DNA of 64,000 bases, from positions 1,309 through 65,308 of IMG/VR virus record IMGVR_UViG_3300042391_001116. The stretch is one strand, 5' to 3'. The DNA comes from a virus (taxonomy: Duplodnaviria > Caudoviricetes). Below are positions 1 through 8,353 of this stretch, piece by piece (position 1 is the stretch's first letter; each line of letters opens with the position of its first letter). Under the pieces are notes generated by a model that was not told where the DNA came from, did no database searches, and saw only the letters and a list, made by a program, of their open reading frames with translations. The translations under genes were made by a program, and so were the position numbers.

Positions 1-925
1 TATTAACTACATACATCATTTTATCACATAAATCATCAATTTTTGGGTCTGCCCATTCACCATTACAATAAATACCAAATTGGCCAGATGATGTCAGAGG
101 GGCGCTCAATGGCACTGAGAGGTGTGCAAATTCAGTACAGGCCGTTTCATTAGTACAAATGGTAGGAATACCACAAGCAATAGATTGAAAAGGAGACATG
201 CCCCAACCTTCGCCCTTTGTTGGATATACAAAGCAATCAACCGAGTTTATTAAATCAGCCAAATCTTCTTCACTTAAGTAATCTTCTATTACTTTAATTT
301 GCTCATTCTTGCCTAAAACGTTATCACCATTAACAAAGTATCTAGCATCAGGAGTTCCTCTGCTTTTTAAAATTAATTTGTATCTATCATCATTTTTAAA
401 CAATTTTAAAAATGCGTCTACGACAAGTTGAGTATTCTTCCTAGTAGATGGGCTACCAATATGCAAGAACGTGAAGTCGTTATTATTTTTCTTATGATTT
501 GGATAAAAAATATCAGTGTCAACGCCAAGATCAAAAGCAAACACTGGCACTACAACCCCGCTATTTATAAAACAATTCTTAGCCCAGGCTGATGTTGTCC
601 ATATTTCATCACATTTATTCATTTCAACTACCCATTCAGGTGGCAGCATAGTTGTTTCCCAATAAGTAAAACCAACAACGTAATCGCCATTATAACTATA
701 ATCGCATGGTAAACAGTTGTTTATTAGAATTGAAGAGCGGTCAGGTTCTGGTATGAACTGTATACCAGAATTAATATTTACAGATATACTTTTAACATTA
801 TGATCAGAAACACAAATATCCTCAAGACCAACGACTTTTACGTCTTTTAGTCTTGAGGATATATTGTCAGATGCATACGTATAACCGTCAGCTAGATTGC
901 TCGCTAATTTTCTCCAGTAAATCAT
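1..925 (-). CDS. GT-B fold (GT4-like) glycosyltransferase, 3' end runs off the left edge
   Basis: Not in the ORF track; manual translation from ATG at 925: MIYWRKLAS...GFTYWETT...DEIWTTS...FTFLHIGSPSTRKN...YPTKGEGWGMSPFQSIACGIPTI. Same motifs as 7097-8353 and 58069-59079. Confidence 0.88.
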   Translation of the reverse strand, partial: MIYWRKLASNLADGYTYASDNISSRLKDVKVVGLEDICVSDHNVKSISVNINSGIQFIPEPDRSSILINNCLPCDYSYNGDYVVGFTYWETTMLPPEWVVEMNKCDEIWTTSAWAKNCFINSGVVVPVFAFDLGVDTDIFYPNHKKNNNDFTFLHIGSPSTRKNTQLVVDAFLKLFKNDDRYKLILKSRGTPDARYFVNGDNVLGKNEQIKVIEDYLSEEDLADLINSVDCFVYPTKGEGWGMSPFQSIACGIPTICTNETACTEFAHLSVPLSAPLTSSGQFGIYCNGEWADPKIDDLCDKMMYVVN

Positions 926-1016
926 CTTTATTTTCAACAACCTTATAAAGTTTAATAGAACCTAAATCAGAAATTAAAATATCTGATTCTTCTACTTTTT
1001 CAATCTCTATTGACAT
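888..1016 (-). CDS. small acidic hypothetical protein (42 aa)
   Basis: Manual: MSIEIEKVEESDILISDLGSIKLYKVVENKDDLLEKISEQSS, with purine-rich SD (GGAAAGGGGG) upstream; overlaps the GT start by 38 nt. Confidence 0.55.
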   Translation of the reverse strand: MSIEIEKVEESDILISDLGSIKLYKVVENKDDLLEKISEQSS

Positions 1017-1051
1017 TATACCCCCTTTCCTGACTAATATTTCAATAAAAA

Positions 1052-1807
1052 CTATTTTTCAATAGAAAATGCAATAGGTATTTTAGAATCCTTTGATTCT
1101 TTTTCTAAAACATCCAGAGGGTATCCATGATTTTTAGTGAATTCAACTCTGTAGTTAAACCAGCCAATGATGCCATTCCAGAATTTATCATCGGTTGAGT
1201 CTCTTAACTCCATTAGTTCTTCATCTGTAAGCAAAAAGCTAAGGACACCTAAAGGCATATATACTGTCAGGTTGTAATTCTGATCTTTATCAGAAGCATA
1301 CTGCTTTAATAAACTCTGGTAGTCTTCAACAATTCTTTTTACTGCTGGACCACCGTAATGATCAAGAGACCCATTTTCGTTTCTAATTCTTGGGCAATAG
1401 TCATCAACGTTAGTTATTGTACCAAACGATCTACAAACCAATGGTCTAAACCCATAGATGGTACAACCACCTTTATAGAAAGCACAATGTCTTTTAGTTT
1501 CACCACCAGGCTTATAAGTCTCATCATGCATCGCATCTTTTAACGCATCTATGACAGACATAATCCACTTATCTGCTTCATCTTCGCCAGAGTTTTCCAT
1601 TTTTAAATAATATTCTTGACGAATATGAAAGGCAATACTGGCGCATTCCATCATTGGAATTGTTAAGCCAATCTTGCAGCAACCACCAGAGCCAAGACAT
1701 TTGGATTCAGTAGCATTCTGCTTTGCTTCTAGAACCCTGATTTGATTATAGATCATATCTAGGTGAGCAAAAGTTGTAATGTCTTTAATACTAACATTTC
1801 TTCTCAT
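1052..1807 (-). CDS. YkgJ/FliB-like cysteine-cluster (Fe-S/Zn) protein
   Basis: CLGSGGCC and CAFYKGGCTIYGFRPLVCRSF motifs typical of the CxxCxxCC family. Confidence 0.8.
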   Translation of the reverse strand: MRRNVSIKDITTFAHLDMIYNQIRVLEAKQNATESKCLGSGGCCKIGLTIPMMECASIAFHIRQEYYLKMENSGEDEADKWIMSVIDALKDAMHDETYKPGGETKRHCAFYKGGCTIYGFRPLVCRSFGTITNVDDYCPRIRNENGSLDHYGGPAVKRIVEDYQSLLKQYASDKDQNYNLTVYMPLGVLSFLLTDEELMELRDSTDDKFWNGIIGWFNYRVEFTKNHGYPLDVLEKESKDSKIPIAFSIEK

Positions 1808-2460
1808 CGTAATTTACCTTTGTCTTCATCTACTTTTTTAATCTCATATTCGTATCGGTCATCGTCAGAAGTAACCCACTTGTGAGCATTTTCTACATCC
1901 CATAACTTTGTATTTATAAAACGCTCAATAAGAGTGCCAGTTTTAGTCGTAAACGATGGGTCAAATAAACGCACTCTGTTATTTGGCTGTATAGCAAAAT
2001 TACCATCATCTCTTTCAATCACATGACCACACTTATGTTGACCCGGATTTACTGAAAAACCGCCATTGATTACATTATCATCAGGTGAGTGCCAATCAAG
2101 TGTAAACAAATATTTACCATTAACAAACTCTCCAGTACGGGCAACATAAGTCATACGCATATTTCGCATAGCCTGAAATTCAGTAACAGAAACATGGTGA
2201 GAAAAAGAATTCCAAAGAACAAGATCGTGAATATCAATTTCTGGCGAATCTTCTTTAGAACAAAAAGCGGAAATTGGCATACGCCACCACACTCCACCAT
2301 CTTCCATAAGAAAATGAAATAGCGGACTTCTTCCCTGTATTGAAGTTACTCCAAATATCATACATGGGAACTTAAGATCATGGCTGTCACGCTGGTCGCG
2401 TAAATAGTTACCACGAACATAACACTCAATAGGGGGAATATTGGCATTTAGTTCAGGCAT
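1804..2460 (-). CDS. conserved phage hypothetical protein
   Basis: 218-aa ORF with ATGA coupling; MPELNANIPPIECYVR N-terminus resembles a family common in aquatic phages. Confidence 0.75.
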   Translation of the reverse strand: MPELNANIPPIECYVRGNYLRDQRDSHDLKFPCMIFGVTSIQGRSPLFHFLMEDGGVWWRMPISAFCSKEDSPEIDIHDLVLWNSFSHHVSVTEFQAMRNMRMTYVARTGEFVNGKYLFTLDWHSPDDNVINGGFSVNPGQHKCGHVIERDDGNFAIQPNNRVRLFDPSFTTKTGTLIERFINTKLWDVENAHKWVTSDDDRYEYEIKKVDEDKGKLR

Positions 2461-2505
2461 TGCTCACACCTTTCTCAAGAGCAACCATCGTTATCATATT
2501 TTTTT

Positions 2506-2802
2506 TCATCGTAATTTACCTTTCTTTTTTAAAGCATTTGCTTTCTGCATTTCTCTTCTCTTTCTTTCAACTAACTCTTGCATCGGAGACTTAGGTCGAC
2601 GATTAGACGTATTTTTAAGATTACGGCCTTTACCCCGGTACTTAAGTAAGTCATATTTCTTAACCCAGTTATATAATGCTTGAGGACTTAATTCAACATT
2701 ATAATTTTTCTGTAACAACTTACAAATATCTGTAAGGTTCATTCGTCTTTTAACATACATTTCGTATAAGAATTCTTTATCTTTATAAGGTTCTAAAGCC
2801 AT
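2506..2802 (-). CDS. helix-turn-helix DNA-binding protein
   Basis: Start moved to MALEPYKDKEFLYEMY; HTH-like NLTDICKLL...SPQALYNWVKKY and basic tail. Confidence 0.65.
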   Translation of the reverse strand: MALEPYKDKEFLYEMYVKRRMNLTDICKLLQKNYNVELSPQALYNWVKKYDLLKYRGKGRNLKNTSNRRPKSPMQELVERKRREMQKANALKKKGKLR

Positions 2803-3373
2803 TAGATACTCCATACCACAAGCCAATGCCAATAGCATCAGTAATATCACTATCTACAACAGTTGTATCAAAGTCTGGAAACACATTATTCAATATTGTT
2901 CTGACGCGCTGTTTTCTTTCATCAGATAATCTTTTTTGTATTCCTTTTTCACCGTACTTATCCTTCAAGTCTTTAGTGTCTTTCTTTGTAAGGTTTTTAT
3001 AGCCGATACCTGACTTCCATTTTAAAGGATTAACGTCTTGAACTATCTTACAGTAGTCATCCAACTCACCCCATGTAAAACCAATTATATAAGACAAAAT
3101 ACGGCTTGCTTGAAAGTTTTGTATAAAAATAGATTGCTCAATAACTGCTACATCAGGCTTATACTTGTCACAAATCAAAGGCATTTCTTTTTTAATTTTA
3201 GAAAATTTGTTAGAAATCTCAGGGATAAGAGAGTAATCAATCTTACCACAATCAACTATCTTAATTCCATTCTTATCCATATCAAGAACAGCCCAGGCTA
3301 AAGAGTGAGATGCTGGATCTAGCGATATTACGCGACACGCTTTCATGGTGGAGAGCATTGAGGAAACAGTCAT
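2783..3373 (-). CDS. ruvC: RuvC-like Holliday junction resolvase
   Basis: SLDPASHSLAWAV, VIEQSIFIQN and DITDAIGIG acidic catalytic motifs. Confidence 0.8.
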   Translation of the reverse strand: MTVSSMLSTMKACRVISLDPASHSLAWAVLDMDKNGIKIVDCGKIDYSLIPEISNKFSKIKKEMPLICDKYKPDVAVIEQSIFIQNFQASRILSYIIGFTWGELDDYCKIVQDVNPLKWKSGIGYKNLTKKDTKDLKDKYGEKGIQKRLSDERKQRVRTILNNVFPDFDTTVVDSDITDAIGIGLWYGVSNGFRTL

Positions 3374-3702
3374 AACATCTCTTTCCTAATTTTTTCTTCA
3401 TCCCATCCCCATGAAACAAGTCTTGCAATGTATCTTTCAGTCTTACACCTTTCGCATATTTTTTCTTTGTTATATCTTGACAAGATTGTTGAGCAATCTT
3501 CAGTAATGCAAATTCTTTTCTTAGTTTTATTTGATTTATCAGTATAATACTTTTCAAGTAGTTTCCTGTTGGTAACTACTTTTCTACACTCTGATGAACA
3601 ATAAATGCCGTTGTAAGTCTTGGGGACAAAACTTACAAGGCATTCATCATTAGCACAAAAAATCTCTTTAAAAAGGTTCGTGCTCTTCTTTCTTGCTTCC
3701 AT
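3370..3702 (-). CDS. Zn-ribbon/treble-clef hypothetical protein
   Basis: CANDEC, CSSEC, CITEDC and CERC Cys pairs; start placed at MEARKK. Confidence 0.65.
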   Translation of the reverse strand: MEARKKSTNLFKEIFCANDECLVSFVPKTYNGIYCSSECRKVVTNRKLLEKYYTDKSNKTKKRICITEDCSTILSRYNKEKICERCKTERYIARLVSWGWDEEKIRKEML

Positions 3703-4435
3703 TCGTACCTGACCAGCATTGAGAATACAGATCGCATGAACCACAATTTTTAGATGTCATTTTGTATGGTTGATCAGGGATCGTATTCTCTGTGAAGTTT
3801 TTATAAAACTTCCTGTATTTCGTAAATAATTTGTCAATAAAAGCATCATCTCTATCAATTAAAATTGGTAGAATTTGTTGATTATTTTTATTTTCATAAA
3901 TAACAAAAGCTTGTGGTAGATCTAAGCAGCGCATATAGATTTGTGCTTGCCTAACATGATCATCTTTTGGCTTCTTATAAATTCTCCTATATTCAAAACC
4001 TTCCATTGAGATTGACTTTATCTCAATAAGCTTTCGCCCGTAGAAGTCAATTATACCATCAGCAGTGCCTTCAATGGGCGGATCATCATAAGTTACTGGA
4101 ATTTCCTCTCCAACAAGAATACCCATATGATTCAAGTAACTATAAATACGTTCGTGAACCTTATGTCCATTATCAAAGATACGATAAGTCTGAGGATTAA
4201 ATGAAGTCTCAACTTCTACACCATTAAACAAGTAATACCAATATCTTGCACATTGGTTTGTATAACTAGGATGGAACCCGCCAACTTTCTTTATCTTCTT
4301 TTCATTTCTTTCAAGAAATGAGGCATCAATTTTTTCAGTTAATTCCTGTTCAAGATCAGCAGATGTTTTTTCAACACTTTCTTCTCTAGGAATTGATTCC
4401 TCTTTTGGCGCTTTTAAGGCCTTAAGTGCTTTCAT
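3668..4435 (-). CDS. Cas4-like/RecB-family PD-(D/E)xK exonuclease
   Basis: GTADGII...IEIKS, QAQIY, N-terminal C(ARY) plus C-terminal CGSCDLYSQC Fe-S ligands. Confidence 0.85.
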   Translation of the reverse strand: MKALKALKAPKEESIPREESVEKTSADLEQELTEKIDASFLERNEKKIKKVGGFHPSYTNQCARYWYYLFNGVEVETSFNPQTYRIFDNGHKVHERIYSYLNHMGILVGEEIPVTYDDPPIEGTADGIIDFYGRKLIEIKSISMEGFEYRRIYKKPKDDHVRQAQIYMRCLDLPQAFVIYENKNNQQILPILIDRDDAFIDKLFTKYRKFYKNFTENTIPDQPYKMTSKNCGSCDLYSQCWSGTNGSKKEEHEPF

Positions 4436-4752
4436 TAGTTATTTCCTTTTCCAATTATTTTAAGCACGTTGATGTTTTCAACCAATGCCTCATACATAGT
4501 CTTCCAAATATCGTTGACAAACTTATCTTGTTCGCCCATAATACTTGACTTACGCTTATAAACTTGAGATTTAACAATCATCATGGTTCTATACCCAGCA
4601 AGAACATTGGCATACTTCAAAGCCTGTGCTCCAACATAGAAATCTGGGTTTTCAATAATGTCTTGAACAATTCTCATAGACTCTAAGAACTCTTCAGCTT
4701 TATCACCCATCTGTTCAGCTAACCAGTCTGGGTTCACAATTATATCTGCCAT
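4435..4752 (-). CDS. hypothetical helical protein
   Basis: 105-aa ORF with SD (AGGAG), coupled to the nuclease gene. Confidence 0.7.
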   Translation of the reverse strand: MADIIVNPDWLAEQMGDKAEEFLESMRIVQDIIENPDFYVGAQALKYANVLAGYRTMMIVKSQVYKRKSSIMGEQDKFVNDIWKTMYEALVENINVLKIIGKGNN

Positions 4753-4800
4753 AACACTCCTTTATATATCCTCGTAGTTAGAAACAATATGATATCACGA

Positions 4801-6240
4801 TTAGTAACAATATTTCTTTAATTCATTAGCAATCCACTCAACAACTGGTGCAGCAACAGCATTACCAATCATTTTATAACGATTAGTATTGCTAATCTCT
4901 TTACCATTATCGGCAAATCTTGTATGGTCATCAGGGAATCCCATCAATCGCTCACATTCAATAGGTGTAAGCCTTCTTAGGATCAATTCTGGTGTGCATA
5001 CAGCATGCATTGACACAGTGTCTAATGTGTATGAGGGGTCATTTGGTTCACCAAACCCTTTTCCTGCTGGTCCAGCGGAGTCTGAGCGACCAATGATCGT
5101 GCCCTGAATGGGGATAGCAGTATGTTCTTCAGCAATCAATGGAACTTGATTACCACCAGTTCCCATTCTGCTCATAAGAGTAGGCACAATACCATCATCA
5201 TAAACACGAACATCATTAACCCTTGTACCATCAACAATTAGAACAGTTGAACGCGATTCACTATTGTTATCAAAAGCGTTCAAAGTTGGGCTAACGTCTT
5301 CTTGTCGCCAAACTTCTGGCGGTAAGTTACCGTCAGCATCCCTAGCACCAGAGCGAATAACTTTGACAAAAGATTCAATAGTGTGCATAACAAAGTTTTC
5401 GTCAGGTCGCTTATGGCTAGTAGCCCTGAATGTTGAACCGCCTTCTTGATAATTACCAAAACCAGTTTTGCCATAAAGAACAGGTTGTGCTACAGAATTA
5501 CCACCACTTTCAACACGCATTGTTGGGAATACTTCTTCAGATACTTGTGGATCTATTCCGTTTTTGTGATTGAATCCGTATGTTGGTCCGCTAACTTGAT
5601 CAGAGCCTGATAGAGCATGGGTGGAAGTTTGTTTCCTCTTCTTTCGGCTCTTCTTAAGATTCCCGTCGCTGTCTTCGGGGACAGGTAATATTTGTGTTCC
5701 ACATCTGCTAACGATTGTAGGACAGAAACTAGCAATAAGGAACAATCTTCTCCTTCTGTGTGGGACTCCAAACCATTGTGCATCCAAGATGTGCCATTCA
5801 ATTGCCAATGCCCCGATGTTTGCCATTTCGTCAATGACTGCTGAGAAGTCTTCTCCTTTATTACTTGTGAGGGCACCTGGTACGTTTTCCCAGATTGCGA
5901 TTTTTGGGTATTCATTTCCTGTTGCATTTCTCATCTCCTTGATGATTCTAGTCGCTTCGTAAAACATTGATGATCTATCACCATCAAGACCAGCGCGCTT
6001 CCCAGCAACTGACAAGTCCTGACATGGTGAACCAAAGGTAATCAAATTGACGGGCTTAATTTTTGCACCATCAACATCTTGAACATTAAAATATTTATCA
6101 GTATCAGGCCAATGCTTGTTTAAAACAGATTGACACGTTTTGTCCCACTCAACCTGCCAAACACTTTCCCAGCCAGCATTTTGAAAACCAAGATCAAAAC
6201 CTCCGACCCCAGCAAACAAACTTCCAAATGTTAATTCCAT
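4801..6240 (-). CDS. dcm: DNA (cytosine-5) methyltransferase with long variable region
   Basis: Motif I SLFAGVGGFD, IV GSPCQDLS, VI WENVPG, VIII HRRRRLF, IX RRLTPIECERLMGFP, X YKMIGNAV. Confidence 0.93.
   Translation of the reverse strand: MELTFGSLFAGVGGFDLGFQNAGWESVWQVEWDKTCQSVLNKHWPDTDKYFNVQDVDGAKIKPVNLITFGSPCQDLSVAGKRAGLDGDRSSMFYEATRIIKEMRNATGNEYPKIAIWENVPGALTSNKGEDFSAVIDEMANIGALAIEWHILDAQWFGVPHRRRRLFLIASFCPTIVSRCGTQILPVPEDSDGNLKKSRKKRKQTSTHALSGSDQVSGPTYGFNHKNGIDPQVSEEVFPTMRVESGGNSVAQPVLYGKTGFGNYQEGGSTFRATSHKRPDENFVMHTIESFVKVIRSGARDADGNLPPEVWRQEDVSPTLNAFDNNSESRSTVLIVDGTRVNDVRVYDDGIVPTLMSRMGTGGNQVPLIAEEHTAIPIQGTIIGRSDSAGPAGKGFGEPNDPSYTLDTVSMHAVCTPELILRRLTPIECERLMGFPDDHTRFADNGKEISNTNRYKMIGNAVAAPVVEWIANELKKYCY
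5553..5927 (-). CDS. nested alternative-frame ORF, M.EcoHK31I beta-subunit-like N-terminal region
   Basis: KTSQQSLTKWQTSG...WMHNGLE...CSLLLVSVL...YYLSPKTATGILRRAERRGNKLPPMLYQAL matches the beta polypeptide pattern as I recall it; starts near motif VI as in EcoHK31I. Confidence 0.68.
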   Translation of the reverse strand: MQQEMNTQKSQSGKTYQVPSQVIKEKTSQQSLTKWQTSGHWQLNGTSWMHNGLESHTEGEDCSLLLVSVLQSLADVEHKYYLSPKTATGILRRAERRGNKLPPMLYQALIKLADQHTDSITKTE

Positions 6241-6241
6241 T

Positions 6242-6352
6242 TTAGTTCCAATCGTCGTTTTCTATTTCTTCGTACACTTTATACATTAAATACATTGATG
6301 CAACTGTTGAACCGAAAAAAAAGATTCCAATTGCAATAATTATTTTACTCAT
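6242..6352 (-). CDS. small single-pass membrane protein (36 aa)
   Basis: Manual: MSKIIIAIGIFFFGSTVASMYLMYKVYEEIENDDWN; exactly fills the gap and overlaps the upstream stop. Confidence 0.6.
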   Translation of the reverse strand: MSKIIIAIGIFFFGSTVASMYLMYKVYEEIENDDWN

Positions 6353-6644
6353 ATGTTGTTCCTTCTATGAGATCATTAAAAACATCCCAGTCAATGATAG
6401 CAACCTTGATATCGGAATCCTCACCTAGAACAACAGAAATGCAAGGATATTTATAGTTGGATCTCCATGCATCCTTTCGCATTTTAATCCAAGCTTCTCT
6501 AGACAGAGTAAATGTTGAAGTATTATGCTTATAATCAAGAACAAAACTATGATAAGTAGCATCACCTTTTTTTAAGCCTCTACCAGAGTTTTTAACCGCT
6601 TTAGCCTTATCACGCTTGATTTCTTGCTTTTCATCTCTTTTCAT
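6345..6644 (-). CDS. PD-(D/E)xK-type Holliday junction resolvase-like nuclease
   Basis: NSGRGLKKGDA...VLDYKH pattern of small phage resolvases. Confidence 0.65.
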   Translation of the reverse strand: MKRDEKQEIKRDKAKAVKNSGRGLKKGDATYHSFVLDYKHNTSTFTLSREAWIKMRKDAWRSNYKYPCISVVLGEDSDIKVAIIDWDVFNDLIEGTTYE

Positions 6645-7048
6645 TGGACAGCCCAGTAATATTCAATATCTGTAGGTTCATCAAAGTATTGAGAGTAGTA
6701 GTTGAAATCTTTACGCAATAAATTTGAACGATGTGAACGATGAATTCTTTCATCACCAAACCAAAATGGCATAACAACTTCAGATTCATCTACAATTTCA
6801 AAAGACATAGTGTTCTTATAACCACGACGAATCCATTCAGATATTGTAAAATTCTGATAGACCTTCATGGCTTCCTCATAGCCTCTCCACATTTTAGTAA
6901 CAGGGTGATTAACCCAGCCTTTAGATTCAGTACGACCAAGTAAGATATTTAAAACTTGAAAAGTCTCAACTCGTTGCTTACCTAAACGGCGGTAGTCCAA
7001 GATTTCAATGGATTTTTTAAAATCTGGCAGTGGAAGAAAAGTTTGCAT
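6641..7048 (-). CDS. pyrimidine-dimer DNA glycosylase / MSMEG_6728 family (T4 endonuclease V-like)
   Basis: MQTFLP...LDYRRLGKQRVE...WVNHPVTKMWRGYE...HRSHRSNLLRKD; AGGAGG SD precedes this ATG. Confidence 0.85.
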   Translation of the reverse strand: MQTFLPLPDFKKSIEILDYRRLGKQRVETFQVLNILLGRTESKGWVNHPVTKMWRGYEEAMKVYQNFTISEWIRRGYKNTMSFEIVDESEVVMPFWFGDERIHRSHRSNLLRKDFNYYSQYFDEPTDIEYYWAVQ

Positions 7049-7096
7049 AGTGCCTCCTATAGTTGGTGTCAGCATAGTGTAGCAGAGTTGAAGACA

Positions 7097-8353
7097 TCAC
7101 TTACCTATATTTGAAGATAGCAAAAATTTATTTTCTAGATCCCAGATGGCTTGGTCTGTCGGCTTCTGGAAAATAGGTTGAGAAAGTAATGATCTATACA
7201 TTTCTTCTGGAACACGGTGAATTGGGTCATCCTTTGTAAACTGTATTCCATTATGTAGTAAATAACTTCCATTCCCCGTATACATTAAATAGAAGCTGCT
7301 TTTATGATCTAATTCTTTAAAAGATTTAATACCAACTCTTTTTACTAAATTGTTTAACATATAGTCAACTCTAGTTTGCCAATTATATTCTTCATAAATC
7401 AACGGTGCTTGTTTATAATAAAAATCGCATTGAGATGAAAAATCATTATAGGCATTTAACATTAAATTCATTAAAGATTCAAAATCTGCTAAAACAACTT
7501 CACCTTCAAAATAACCAGAATACGATGTTGGACCAATAGTAGAATCAATAATATTATTTTTAAAGTATTTATCGTAAGAACACCATCTACTTGTAGAAAT
7601 AACTGGCATACCAGTAGCAAGAGCCTGAAGAGGAATAAATCCAAATCCCTCACCCTCAGACGGATAGACAAGAACATCATGTTCATTGAATAACTGGATC
7701 ATTTCATCTCCAGATAAAGTTTTAAATATTTTATTAATGTTAGAAAATAAAGATGAAACACCATTATCACCATAGTACTGGTCGGTATGATACTTTAAAG
7801 TTAACTCAACATCATTATTATTACCAAAAAGAGTGATAAAAGCTTTTTCAACAAGATCAGCCCTTTTCCTAGGAGAACCAGAATCAACATGAAGAAACCT
7901 AATCTTACTTCCTTGACCTCTTTTAAATGGCTTCCATTTATCATCAATTCCATGTTCAAATACAAAAGTTGGTGTTTTAACTCCAGAGTTACCAACAGCA
8001 TCTGCTGCAAATTGGTTACCTACCCATATTTCATCAACCTCGTTCATTGAATCAATCCAATGAGACCACACCCTCGTTGTTTCTAAGTGAGTTCCATAAA
8101 TTTTGTATTGATGATCATAAAATTTATTAAAACTTGGATCACGAAAACTAGTCATAGTTTTTAAGTTATACCATTCTGGCTCCATATAAAACATTTGTAT
8201 TTGTGATGATGGAGAATTCTGCATCACTTTTAGCTTATTTTTTTTATATTGGAAGTTATTAAAATGCTCACAAATTTTGTAATAGCCATAAGAATATCCA
8301 TAAATGCCATTAGCATCTTTAATATGCTGGTCTGTATGCATTGAAAAAATCAT
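7097..8353 (-). CDS. GT4-like glycosyltransferase with extra C-terminal domain
   Basis: DEIWVGNQF, FLHVDSGSPRKR, VYPSEGEGFGFIPLQALATGMPVI. Confidence 0.88.
   Translation of the reverse strand: MIFSMHTDQHIKDANGIYGYSYGYYKICEHFNNFQYKKNKLKVMQNSPSSQIQMFYMEPEWYNLKTMTSFRDPSFNKFYDHQYKIYGTHLETTRVWSHWIDSMNEVDEIWVGNQFAADAVGNSGVKTPTFVFEHGIDDKWKPFKRGQGSKIRFLHVDSGSPRKRADLVEKAFITLFGNNNDVELTLKYHTDQYYGDNGVSSLFSNINKIFKTLSGDEMIQLFNEHDVLVYPSEGEGFGFIPLQALATGMPVISTSRWCSYDKYFKNNIIDSTIGPTSYSGYFEGEVVLADFESLMNLMLNAYNDFSSQCDFYYKQAPLIYEEYNWQTRVDYMLNNLVKRVGIKSFKELDHKSSFYLMYTGNGSYLLHNGIQFTKDDPIHRVPEEMYRSLLSQPIFQKPTDQAIWDLENKFLLSSNIGK

Noticed and set aside
888-1016. Frameshift fusion of the 42-aa ORF with the glycosyltransferase
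   Set aside because: Would need a +1 shift, no clear slippery site is present, and the GT has its own ATG.
3668-4435. CRISPR-Cas locus
   Set aside because: No repeat-spacer array or other cas genes; solo Cas4-like nucleases are common in phages.
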